NCBI GenBank assembly: GCA_023920165.1
Contig: CP089279.1
Coordinates: 1,364,001 to 1,428,000, forward strand
DNA: 64,000 bases
DNA from: Curvularia clavata
Taxonomy: Eukaryota
Reading direction: 5' to 3'
This document shows, piece by piece, positions 1 to 11,014 of the stretch. Position numbers and translations under genes: made by a program. The first letter of the stretch is position 1. The number at the start of each line of letters is the position of its first letter. The notes under the pieces are model-generated. The model searched no databases. It saw only the letters and a program-made list of their open reading frames with translations, and was not told where the DNA came from.

Positions 1-456
1 AACTCCGTTTACAAGAACATCACAGTTGTTTCTCCTGGTCATAACAAATGAATCCTGGCTTCGAGAATCCGGGCACTATGTCCATCCGGTTTAAGATCGT
101 AGCGTTTTTAGTCGTGTTTTGTTGAAAACCCGAGGTTTTCCTGATCGTCAAAAGGTGTAGTAAGCCTTGATAGACCCACGTATATTGATGTGTACAACTA
201 TTTACTGGCTCAGAAGGCGTAGATCAGAACTCAGGTGACTGTTATGGTAAATATTACGCACTTGATTTTGCAAGAAGTTGTAGATGCCTATGCTTGGGAG
301 GGAGGCAGATGTCTTCTAAATTTTATTGGAGCTCTATCCGGTGCACGTTGTGAGAGCGATATCTCTGTCAGAGCAGCATACTCATAGTTTGTTGGAAGAC
401 ATCTTAGTACTAGTGTATTGTTGGAGAAATTCCTCACTTGGGTGTTGAGTGATATA

Positions 457-1895
457 CTATGAGCTGATGCTTGGTCCCGAGTCGAATGAGTTGGAATCTC
501 TCGGCTTCTCTTCCTCATCTCCAATCACAAAAGGATCAAACTCTTCGCCTTTCACATGCCCATAGCCCTTCCCCGTGTTGTTGCGCTTCGCAAAGATCAT
601 AGTGCCTATCGCCAACATCTCGAAGAGAACGATCGCTGCCCACAGCAAACGGAAGCTACTGCTTTTCTTCCCGTGTAATAGTCCTAGGAAGACGTTTCCG
701 TTGAGAGCTACAAAAAGTGTTCGGCCAAGATAGATATGAGCCAAGGAAGATGTAGTACGCTCCCCATACTTGACGTAATTGATGTGATGTTTGTAGCCAA
801 AGATAATTTGAATAGGCACTCCGATAGCGATCGCAAGACCGATTAACTTGTGTATCGAGGTGAAAGTCTCAATCTTTGTAGTGTTAGCTGAGTATGACCA
901 CTTTTATGGATTGAAATTGCATACCTGAAATATATGTGTGCTTTTCAAAATACCGATGAGACAACCAATCAGCAACCCGAGAGCAGAGAGAGCTTGCACG
1001 ACCCAATGACTGTGAAATGCCAACTTGAAGCCGCTGCGGATCAATAAGATTCCAAGGCAGTTAAGGATGACTGAAAAAGATAATAACAATCCGTGCGCGT
1101 CCCACATGTTGAAAGACTTTGGAAAGGCTGGTCTATTGAGTCCAGAAAACTCTATAGCGTGAATCGAAGAACGATCTGCAGTTACTGTTGGAAACTCCTC
1201 AATCTGATTCGTGGAAAGTGCCTCGGCCATATTGACCGATTTAAGGCCTGTAGTAGAGTCATGAAAGTCTGTTCTAAGATAGAGGGAGTAATAGCTTACC
1301 GTAATCTGTATGCATATCCAGACGCAAACTTGGGTCGCCAGTATTGGTCTTCTGTGCATAGCTGCTCGCGAACAGCCATGGCTGCTTTTCGCTTGTTGCG
1401 TTTAGTGGACCAAGTCCGACCGTTTCACATGAGTAGCAAATGGCCTGTAGCACATGAAATCCGTTTTGATCGATTTTCGTGCTGTGAACATGAACTTGTC
1501 TCTGGTTCTTGAGTGGATGGGGAGGATGGTGCTCGATGGTCGACCGCAATGACAACATCATGTCTGCGATATGTTAGCATACCATCGAAGACGGATCTGG
1601 GTATTGAGCCCTCACCACCTTCATATTCTCCTGGCCATAGCACAAACATCAAAGCTCGATCCATATTGTCTCCCACGGCAAAAGCTGCCCAGCCGCTGCC
1701 TTCATGAAATTTGACGGAAAATGTCATGAAAAGATCATGCCCCCTTGCGTGCTGCGACTTTACAGTTTTTACAGCCAGACATGCATCCGAGTGCAGTGCT
1801 GGTTCGATATGACATATCTGTACTGGTTCTGACCCTCGGCAAATATGAATTACAAAAAAGAGCAATATGAGGAAGACATTAGCTTGTTTCATCAT
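457..1895 (-). CDS. Signal peptide + CDH-like heme-b cytochrome (DOMON/AA8-type) domain fused to a cytochrome b561 transmembrane domain
   Basis: Spliced from ORFs 1425-1955, 1274-1561, 904-1359 and 457-819 with GT-AG introns 1564-1615, 1248-1299 and 874-924. Hydrophobic leader MMKQANVFLILLFFVIHICRG; an upstream in-frame ATG also exists at 1955. CDH-cytochrome motifs GWAAFAVGDNMDRALMF (Met ligand), CYSC and LDMHTDYG (His ligand). Four b561 histidines on TM helices: DAHGLL, SHWVVQ, SIHKLIG, LAHIYLGR. Confidence 0.85.
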
Positions 1896-2203
1896 TGCGT
1901 ATGATTGTTGTACTGAAAGAAGATTCTGAGCTGCGCTTTCTCTTTTGGAAGCCATATGGAATAATGCAGGTAAAGTCTCGGCTCCAGTTGTTGGAGCTAA
2001 CTCGAAATGGTAACTTGTGGTCCTGTAGTCAGCGTCTTACGAAGTGACTAGGGCTGACTATATCACAACAATTTGCGCGCGCATGCAATGACAATAGAGA
2101 CTCAATTCTGAGTGCCCATTTCCGAATTCTGCTCTTGAAAAACAGTCTTCTGAACACTCATATACACCCACACAACTTCTAGGCTTTCGGATCCCTTTTC
2201 GCA

Positions 2204-3001
2204 ATGGTGTCGTCTTCTTTGCCTAAATCTGTTCCGTTCGCAGCACGCCAACGCAAAGTTCACATGTCTCTAAATTACCCAAGTTTCGTCAGAAGACCTA
2301 TCACGGTGGTAGCAACTACTGTCCGGTCCCTTTTCGTACGCCCGACAACGTACCCGAACTTCACATCATCCTCTACTTCAGACGAAAGCGAAGACATACC
2401 TACCCGGCTCAACAAAAACGAATTGAACGTAACAACTAGAGTCAGGCGCCTCCAGTATTCGGTACTGCCCTATTTTCTGAATGTTTTGCTGGCAGTGGGG
2501 CTCACAATTATTGTGGGATTTATCTTCCGTCCTTTTCCACCGCATGGGCCTAAGATGAAGACATTAAGCTGCGGATCTACCCCGGCTGAAGCGCGCAGCA
2601 ACGGTTGCACATACGATGTTTTGGGAAATATCTGGGTCCCCACTCCCTGTCTTGACACGGAAAACCTTGCCGACTTCAAGCGTATGGCTCCCTGGCTGGC
2701 ATACGACTCTGCCAACGCGACTCGTCAGCTCACAGAAGAAGAGATGTCGGAATACCTGATACCTGATGGCTATTGGACACCAGTACGGGAGCACATGATT
2801 CATTGTGCTCTGATGTGGAGAAGATTGCACAAGGGATTTGAGTTGGACTCAAAGTTGTTGGATAAGCACGTTCTTTCAATGCACCATACCGAGCATTGCA
2901 GCTTAACTTTGATGGAGCATCTTGATATGCCTACCTCTTTTCTAGATGAAATACGTACACGAACAGAGGCAGGGTATTCTAGTTGTCAGGTTCCTGCATA
3001 A
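2204..3001 (+). CDS. Membrane-anchored double-HxxHC protein 1 (DUF3328/UstYa- or PhomB-like putative copper oxidase)
   Basis: Intronless 265-aa ORF (alternative start 2264). One TM helix (YFLNVLLAVGLTIIVGFIF), motif CGSTPAEARSNGCTYDVLGNIWVPTPC, then HMIHC and HTEHC. Confidence 0.85.
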   Translation: MVSSSLPKSVPFAARQRKVHMSLNYPSFVRRPITVVATTVRSLFVRPTTYPNFTSSSTSDESEDIPTRLNKNELNVTTRVRRLQYSVLPYFLNVLLAVGLTIIVGFIFRPFPPHGPKMKTLSCGSTPAEARSNGCTYDVLGNIWVPTPCLDTENLADFKRMAPWLAYDSANATRQLTEEEMSEYLIPDGYWTPVREHMIHCALMWRRLHKGFELDSKLLDKHVLSMHHTEHCSLTLMEHLDMPTSFLDEIRTRTEAGYSSCQVPA

Positions 3002-3830
3002 ATAGTTCTACGGTGTTGTATTTAGTTCTCATTTTAGGCTGCGAAGACATTTTGGGATGCAGATGCCTGGTTTGCGCAAGCGCGAAATGGACATTGACAA
3101 TGAAATGAGCAAACCAAAAGATTCCAGCGGAAGCACGGTTTTCAAGACTTGCTTCGATTTACGTGAAGTATGAAACGTGAGTGTACATGGAGTAGAAAGG
3201 TCGGTTCTCTGGAGTCGCTGCTCAAGCAAACTTCAGGCCGAACATCTCTCAACCCGCTTTCTCTGTTATGACCTAACTATGAACCTATTTAGCGGCGGGT
3301 TTTTAGACGTATCCAATAGGATTTCTTTCTCTTCCTTTTTTTACTACAATGTCGAGGAGTTGCTGAAATACTGTGCCTTAGCCTCGCAGTATGCCAAGTC
3401 AGGACCATCACCTATCGGGTCTTCGACAGGCTAGTAATATCCACAGAAAGTAATGAGAGTGCCGTCAGCAAAGATAGTAAACATGTAAGTCCCGTTGCCG
3501 ACCAGTAAGGTTGGCATCTTACACATGTGCTTACTAAACCCTTGTAGTAAGCTCTTCTTCTAGTTACCCAAGACCCATTACTGGCCACTCAGCCGTGAGA
3601 TGTATCGACACTAGATGGTGGGTTCATACGGGCTACTGATATGGCAGTCCAGACATTGTAGCGCTACCTGTCTCTTTTGAATATCTGGATTCTACGCCAT
3701 GTATCTTAACCTTTAACACACTTGGGCGAGCTCCGAACAGTTAAGGACTCAGCATCATAATCATCGAAAGCCAAAGTCTACTGATATCTCTCATTGATTT
3801 TGGAGCGACCATACCTCCTTGGATGCTCGC

Positions 3831-5388
3831 ATGATGGATGCCGAAGCGCTCACGGAGTCGTCATCGAAGCAAGGGCATCGAAAGCTATCCACTGCATCAC
3901 TGGTGGCCATGACATGTGGAGTTGGGGGGTACGCCACACATTGCAGCAATAACATTGTTTGTTCAACTAATCTAATTATGCAGACTACAAGTTCTTTGGT
4001 CCACAATCTTTTCCCATGGTTCATCCTACCTTTTCTCTCTCGGAATATCCGCAACCCAGTCATCGCTCGTATGGGCAGTTGCGCCAATTTGTGGCTCGGT
4101 CATTCAACCTGTTATCGGTGTCATCAGTGATCTTTCGCATATTTCATGGGGCCGACGGCGACCATTCATCATTGGAGGAGTAGTTTCGATCACTTTCGCC
4201 GCCACAGCATTAGCCTGGGCTGAAACCGTTTCAACAGTTTTTTGCACACTGTTTGACATCAGTAACACCGAAGGCCAGTGGGGAACCGTCACACGTTTTG
4301 TCGCTATCATGTCAATTATCCTTCTCAACGTTTCGATTCAGCCTCTTCAATTGGGCCTTCGCTCATTGATTGTCGACATCTGTCCGCAGGAACAACAAGC
4401 TATGGCAAGCACATGGGCAAGTCGGTTTGCTGGTGTGGGAAACATCATTGGCTATGTCCTTGGGTCCGTACCGCTTCCTTGGATATACAGCGATTATGAG
4501 GCCATGCGTTTCCGGTATATGGCTTACTGCGCTATCCTCGCGCTCATCACCACATCGCTATTCAATTGCTATTATAATGAGGAGCAAGATCCACGCATGT
4601 CAATGTACGAGCCAGAAGATGAGCGACAAACCTATCGTATCGTCCAGTACATTGCAGATAGCTTCTTGCAGACTTCAAAGAGGGTACGACGCGTCTTTCT
4701 CGTTCAATTTTTCTCCTGGACTGGGTGGTTCGGATTTCTGTTCTACAGTACAAGCTTTGTTGGAAAGCTCTATGTCGACGAACAGGTAAAAAATGAGGTT
4801 ACAATAGGCCCATCACTCAAAGACCACGGAATGATGCTAGGCGCCAGAGCAAGCTTGCTTTTCGCCATTGTGGCATTAGCAACAAACATCGTGTTGCCCA
4901 ACCTCTCCCAAATAGGGAGATCGGTGATAGCAATGGCCAAACCTCATAGGAGAAGAGGGCATAACTCCTCCCCTCATTTGAGTATCATCTGGGGCTTTGG
5001 CCAAGTGGTTTATGTGATAAGTGTTTTGTCCACGACTGTAGTGTCTTCAAGCACAACAGGGACGTTCTTGGTCGCCATTGCAGGGTTTTCATGGGGCGTC
5101 ACTCAGTGGGTACCTTTTGCCATAATTGGAGAGGAAACAGCAAGGCGATGCATTAACGATGAATCCTCTAAGGAAGAAAAAGATGATTTATGGAGTATGG
5201 CACAGGGCGGCAGAATCATGGGTTTGCACAACGCTGCCATATCCGTACCGCAGATCATTGCTGCACTGATCAGTACTGCGATTTTCTGGACTGCACAAAA
5301 GCTGAATAATGAGAATGCTATAGTGTGGGTGATAGGTTGGACGGGCATTCCTGGAGCAGTAGCTGCGTGGCTTGCTTTTATGATGTAG
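3831..5388 (+). CDS. MFS transporter, SUT1/SLC45 (GPH; sucrose/alpha-glucoside permease-like)
   Basis: Exon 1 3831-3928, intron 3929-3983, then LQVLWS...VIQPVIGVISDLSHISWGRRRPFI running into ORF 4309-5388. Motifs LRSLIVD, VQFFSWTGWFGFLFYST, WVPFAIIG and GLHNAAISVPQIIA are typical of SUT1/SLC45. Confidence 0.88.
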
Positions 5389-5475
5389 ACAGGTCAGCAA
5401 ACTGAAATAGATTTCAAGACTAGTCGTTCACGATGCAGCCCATTCTCGACCACAATTATTGAACATTAGTACTCG

Positions 5476-6474
5476 TTACGACTTGAATTCCATGTCAGCG
5501 CCAGCTCGTATTAGCATGTCCACAATCTCCACAAAGTCATGCTCTATTGCTACATGCAACGGCGTCTCTCCTGCCGCATTGATAGCATTGACATCCACGC
5601 AATGCAACAAAGCAAATGAAACCAAGGACACGTGGCCAAACTGCGCAGCGAGATGTAAAATATTGTTTCCGTAATCGTCTATAATGTAGACGTCTGCTCC
5701 GTTCTCAACGAGAAGCTTCGCAATGCTATCGCGACCCCTTATCACAGCTTTCTGTAAAGCGTTTAGACTTGAAGAATGTGAGGAAGAAGTGGATGTCGAT
5801 GACGGAGCCGTGGATTGAGCCTAGTTGAGACCCTGTTAGTAACCCCGCACGAGCAACACTGAAGCGAAAAGATTGTAGTGGACATACAAACATGAGGATC
5901 TCGTTATCTAAATCTGTTAGGGGCGTTGCTAGATCAAATACAGTAGTGGTTTCGCTCTTTTGTTGCGAAACGATGTTGCCCTTGTCCTGATTTGACATTG
6001 ATGATACATCTTCTATTTCTTCTGTGCTGCTGAACAGGAAAGATTGAGCAGAAGATTCATCGGATGATCTTGCCGCTGGGACATGGATTGGCTCCAAACT
6101 AGGCAATTTTGCATTCGGAGCCGCAAGAACGACTGAATCTCGGCGGGTCTGCTTGAGCTGTCTTGAATCTTTAGGCGGTGTTTGACAGGACTGCTGTTTA
6201 TCTTTGGGTGTTGATGGATTTTCCGATAAGCTTCGATTGAACACTTCCAATTGCTGCAGTCGGCGCTTGATGTTACGGCCTAAGAGATTAGTCCTACATG
6301 AAGTATACTTGGAGTTAGTTACTCACGATAGTTGCGCTGCGCAATTCGATTTTGCACTCTTCGTCGTTCATTGGCATCGGTCAATATCCTCCAATCCTCG
6401 TCTTCCTCTTGCCGCGCCATGACTTCTTGGATTTCTTTTGATGGCATTGAAATCTGGTGATATTTGCGGCTCAT
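5476..6474 (-). CDS. bZIP basic region + C-terminal ankyrin repeat transcription factor (bANK, ToxE-like architecture)
   Basis: Exon 1 6474-6327 encodes EDWRILTDANERRRVQNRIAQRNY. Intron 6280-6326 joins it to RRNIKRRLQQLE. A second intron (~5821-5887) joins to ankyrin repeats ALQKAVIRGRDSIAKLLVENGAD, GNNILHLAAQFGH and GETPLHVAIEH. Confidence 0.88.
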
Positions 6475-7260
6475 ACTACCAGAATGATAGTGAGTTAAAA
6501 ACTAGGTATTCAATTACCCGAGATCAATGTGTAAATCGGATTTAGTGGATTGTCCGTCAGGCAAACTACGGCCCCATGTTGTTTGGATGATCCGATTCGC
6601 ATCATCTGTTCATTGAGTATTGAACAATGATCTTATTCCAGGATGTAGCCCTGACTTCGTGCTTACCTTAATGTGGGGTCTTTCGGTCTTGCTTAATTTA
6701 AGGTGGAGATGATGTGCATTACCTGTCGTCAGATACGACTGACCATACAGGGGGGAGTTACACAACTTTTACTTGGCTAAACTTCGGATGGAGCGAAGCA
6801 GTTGTATTCTAACCTGGTTTGGCAATTGTCGCTAGAGTCCGACTATATTGGCGTGTAAGGTGGCAAAACTGACGCTAATTCTGAATTAGAGCTGTTTGCT
6901 CAACTAGGCCTGACTCCGCGGCCCGAAGTTATCAAATATTTCCGTCCGGCGCAATGATAAAGCGATCGGTGTGCCTGAATCATGTTAGGAAGTCTAACGT
7001 GTACTGCCAGGTCACACGGCGTATGTACCTAGGCGAATAGTGAGACTTATTAGTAGATGAACCTGTTAAGAGAGAACAATTGCTGAGTAAGATGTGTCAG
7101 CGTCCGAGTGTCCGCACAAGATCACTACTCAAGTAGCATTTGACAGCTTATCGAGACAAATATTCCTATGATAAAGGCCAATTACTTGATAGAGCCAGCC
7201 ACCATTGACATTCTAATCTAACTCATCTCTTTCACTGGGGGATTCCAGCGACAAGTCCTG

Positions 7261-7986
7261 ATGCCTGGGTTGTTTCATTCACCAAAGCCTAGTGATAGGA
7301 TACTACCGCGCAATGACAATGGTCGCCAAAAATTACTTCCACAAGACTTGGAAAACCAAGACATATTACTTGAAAAGACTTTTTTAGAGTCGCTGGGGCC
7401 CAAATTCCACCGGAGCATAGCACACATCAACGCAGCAGTTGTGGCCCTGTTCCTTTTTACAGTCGTTGCTGGATCGCTCGCATGGCTAGGCGTATCTGCG
7501 ACGCTGCGGACCGACGATGCACCGAAATCATCGAAGCTATACACCGATTGCGGCAGCAATCACTCAACAGCCATCGCAGCTGGCTGTGTATACGATATCG
7601 TTGCCCCCCAATGGACTCCACCAGAATGCTACAATGCACCCCTGTCCGAAGAGTATGCCAGAAAGATTCCGAAACCTATGTTTTTCCGCTGGCCGAACCT
7701 CACAGAGCCAATACCGGAAGATCCATTGGAGATTTCACGACATGACACAATCTGGACATTTGATGCATATCATACCATGCACTGCGTATATATTCTTGAG
7801 CTTGCAGCATTGGCAGCAGGGATGGCTTCTTCTGGGCAGCAAGATGTTTTCTTGAACCACATTGCGGCAAATTCTAAGCACACAAAGCACTGCACCGAGC
7901 TGCTTTCTGGCAATAACTCCTCTCCAGGCCCTACGGAAATTCATCGTCCTGGAGCTGCGCTTCGCTGCAAGAGACTGGAAACTTAA
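7261..7986 (+). CDS. Membrane-anchored double-HxxHC protein 2 (DUF3328/UstYa- or PhomB-like)
   Basis: Intronless 241 aa. TM helix AAVVALFLFTVVAGSLAWLGV; motif CGSNHSTAIAAGCVYDIVAPQWTPPEC; HTMHC and HTKHC. Confidence 0.85.
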   Translation: MPGLFHSPKPSDRILPRNDNGRQKLLPQDLENQDILLEKTFLESLGPKFHRSIAHINAAVVALFLFTVVAGSLAWLGVSATLRTDDAPKSSKLYTDCGSNHSTAIAAGCVYDIVAPQWTPPECYNAPLSEEYARKIPKPMFFRWPNLTEPIPEDPLEISRHDTIWTFDAYHTMHCVYILELAALAAGMASSGQQDVFLNHIAANSKHTKHCTELLSGNNSSPGPTEIHRPGAALRCKRLET

Positions 7987-8752
7987 CGAATCTGTATTTA
8001 ATAGAAATTTCTCATACACTTCGTAGTCTTCATCGTAGAATAAGGAATGGTAGAGGATGAACATCGTGAACCTGCTTCAAAGGATGTAAAAACGTCATGC
8101 TTCCCTAGCTTAAGCACACACTGATGCCGATAACTTCGGACTTTCTTTTTGGCCTGTGTAGATTGCTGCGTTTGAGAGGAGTCTTCGGAGTATCTAGCCG
8201 CTCCTAGACTGCCACCGAAAGCTAAATTCAGGTTTCCATGGCCATAATGATACGTTCTTGGCTTCGGCGATCTGACTGATGGAAGCCTATACGTAGGAAG
8301 TAAGTGTACGCGTTGCGTACCTACGTATGTAGACAAGCGACCTGTCATGCCAGTCAGAGATCAGGAGACACTTCATGCCAATGATCATCTCTACGTAATT
8401 CCAAGCACCTGTATGTACTTTGTAAGCCAACGAGACAAATAATCTCGCCGTGACGGCTCGGCGTGCGGTGATAATCGGGCCGGCGATGACTGGAAACGTC
8501 TCTGTGCGTAAGGCAAGTCTCCCGCACCTTCCGCACTCAATACTCCTTACAGCACGCGCATGAAAGAGGGTTTCCGGTGAGATTTTTCGCAAACTGCGAC
8601 AAACGGTCACACTAATGTTGCCATCCTAACGCACTAGACATGTACATACATACTATATACCAGCGTTCGCCAAGAGCGTACCAGTGAAGATACCTAAGCC
8701 TGCTGGGCAACCTTGGCGTGCGTCTGCAAGTCTTCCAAACCATGCCAAACAC

Positions 8753-8785
8753 AGCTAACTAAGCTAACTAAGCTCACTAAGCTCA
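8753..8785. repeat. 9-bp tandem minisatellite (AGCTMACTA), about 3.7 copies
   Basis: AGCTAACTA AGCTAACTA AGCTCACTA AGCTCA read directly. Confidence 0.8.
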
Positions 8786-9753
8786 AGCAGCTACTGCGTA
8801 GTAATTTCGCAGCCCTATCTAGAGGAGACTAACGTTCCTGCAGAACTAGTGAAACATATGCATGCGCACGTCTCTGAACATCATCTTGTCAATCAATGCT
8901 GCGATCACCAAAGCGCCTCGGGGGCCACGTAGGCTCTCCACAAATCCTACCCACAGATCTCACATTTCTCTTGTTCGATCTAAGATGGTCCTGCTCGATT
9001 GGTACTTAGAGATTACAATAAAGAAACGCACGGATAAGCATAAAGCAGTAGAGTGGCTGGCAAGCGCATTCGTAACGAAAGCAAGGCGAGACCGTCAAGA
9101 GAGACTAAACCATGCTCACTAAGAAGGAGGCTCTCTGCGGCTACGGATCTGCGCCTCGGGCCGAAACATTATACACCTACCGGTTGCGAGAATCCATGCA
9201 TTACTACCATGCGGACTAAGACAAACTTGACCTACTCTACAGTTAGCTAAATCTTACAGTACACCGACTCTGATCAAATGACCCCCTACTCAGCAACAGC
9301 TTACTACATGTTAGTCATCGGTACGTTATTGTCGGCTCGATGTTTCATTCCTCTGATAAGTGATCGCTATTGTTACGTCATCGTATGAACAGCGTCTCGA
9401 TCTTCTCAAGCTTGCAGCATGGAAAACCGTCGTCAAACTCGTTCCTTGAACATTTCAAAATACATCTTTACTTTCAATATAGCGAACCAGCTCTTGCATT
9501 GATTTGCCCTACTTGCTACATCGGGAAAGGGCTTTCCATACAGCCCCTACAACCCAGAGACGATACGCGCTAGATACGGTCGCCTCCAGGAAACAGAAGA
9601 TTGTTGGGAAGAGCCATTGAACCCAACCGTCCCGAAAAAACGTCTTGAAGATCCTGCTTTGTCAGTACAGTCTTTTGTGCTTTTAGCAATAACAAGCAAA
9701 CCCGGGCTAAGGAACAATCATCGTGTTTTGTTCAAGTCAACAAAGCAATCGAA

Positions 9754-10458
9754 ATGATGGGTTCCTTCTTGACCAAGTCTTCACGACACGACAGTGGAAA
9801 AACATACATCGCCATACCCAACCCTGAGTCTGGCAACCCGTCGGATCTTCGCAGCAGAGAGAGGCACAGGCGCCTACCAACCACTGTTGTCGTAGTATCT
9901 GTTACCGCTGTTCTGATACTGCTTGTTCCAGTCTCCTACTTCCTTTTTGCCACAAGCATGCAAAGTAGCGCATTCAATCACACTACCCTGCGCCACCAGC
10001 GTGATGATAAAGGCACATTTATAGCCTGTCCAGAAGACCCTGAATCAGCACGGAAATCAGGCTGTTCTTTTGATCTTCTCGCCAACGGTTGGGTCCCCGA
10101 CCCGTGCTTCGACGCGGAAATGCACCACGACTTTGTTGACGGCAAGGACTACGGCTTCTTCGAGGATCGAAACGGGAAGCATCGAGTGCATCAAGACACG
10201 GTTATGGAGGGTGATAATAGCCGGTACCCACATGGGCTCTGGGTGACGTTCGAAGAACACCACACTCACTGTCGTTACCTGGTCAATGGATCCATCAGAG
10301 CTGTCTCGCGACTCCACGCACCTTTCCTCGACGTGTACCTGGATCGGGATCACATGATCCATTGTTATGGAGTTCTTGGAGAAAATCGAGCTTCGTCTCA
10401 TATTGAGACATATGTCAAGGCGTTCTTTGAATCTCGCAAATGTTACCTTCGTGATTGA
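9754..10458 (+). CDS. Membrane-anchored double-HxxHC protein 3 (DUF3328/UstYa- or PhomB-like)
   Basis: Intronless 234 aa. TM helix VVVVSVTAVLILLVPVSYFLFA; motif CPEDPESARKSGCSFDLLANGWVPDPC; HHTHC and HMIHC. Confidence 0.85.
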   Translation: MMGSFLTKSSRHDSGKTYIAIPNPESGNPSDLRSRERHRRLPTTVVVVSVTAVLILLVPVSYFLFATSMQSSAFNHTTLRHQRDDKGTFIACPEDPESARKSGCSFDLLANGWVPDPCFDAEMHHDFVDGKDYGFFEDRNGKHRVHQDTVMEGDNSRYPHGLWVTFEEHHTHCRYLVNGSIRAVSRLHAPFLDVYLDRDHMIHCYGVLGENRASSHIETYVKAFFESRKCYLRD

Positions 10459-11014
10459 ATGTAACTGCACTTCTCTACTGTCTGCTGTTAGTAGCAATCT
10501 CTAGCTTTGATGCCCTAGGGAACTTGTTTATAGAGTTCAGTTTTTTTTTTGAAAAACAATTATCTTACTGCCATATGCACGACGCTTCTTATGTGAACTA
10601 GTAACGTGGCCTCTACTCGTTCGGACTTCAGATCTATCAAATAATTGTCTTTCATCCCGTGATCAAGTGACGATTAGCGCTCAAGATGGCTGCAATACAC
10701 ATCTGAGTGGAGTAGTTGCTTAACTTATTGCCCTTATTAAGTGAAAGTGAACACTAGCTTGGGATTCAGCTTAATAGGTTGGTGTGCATTTCTTATGTGT
10801 TTGGTTGAGAGTTGGACCTATGTGAAGAGTAGTAGAATAGCTAGGAGATAGAACCTAGAGCGGATTACTACAATCGAAACAGACTGTCTAACTTAACTAC
10901 TCTAACCACTTTGTCCCTCTCCACTAGTACAGTAGCGCTGCGTTGAGCCATTGTTCGTTGAGATGGGAGAGATGTGCAAGTTTGGTGGGGTGCGGCGCTC
11001 GCCCGTGGAACACG

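Noticed and set aside
1..51. Possible 3' end of an upstream plus-strand gene (NSVYKNITVVSPGHNK*)
   Set aside because: Too short to identify; it needs the left flank.
8286..8330. Nested short inverted repeats (ATACGTAGG/CCTACGTAT around GTACGC/GCGTAC)
   Set aside because: Arms of 6-9 bp with no element context; may be chance.
7987..9753. Search for a dikaritin precursor (signal peptide + KR-separated repeats) between and around the oxidase genes
   Set aside because: No repeated peptide cores or convincing signal peptide seen. ORFs such as 8862-9122 look random, and the 9-bp repeat at 8753 does not resemble KR-delimited cores.
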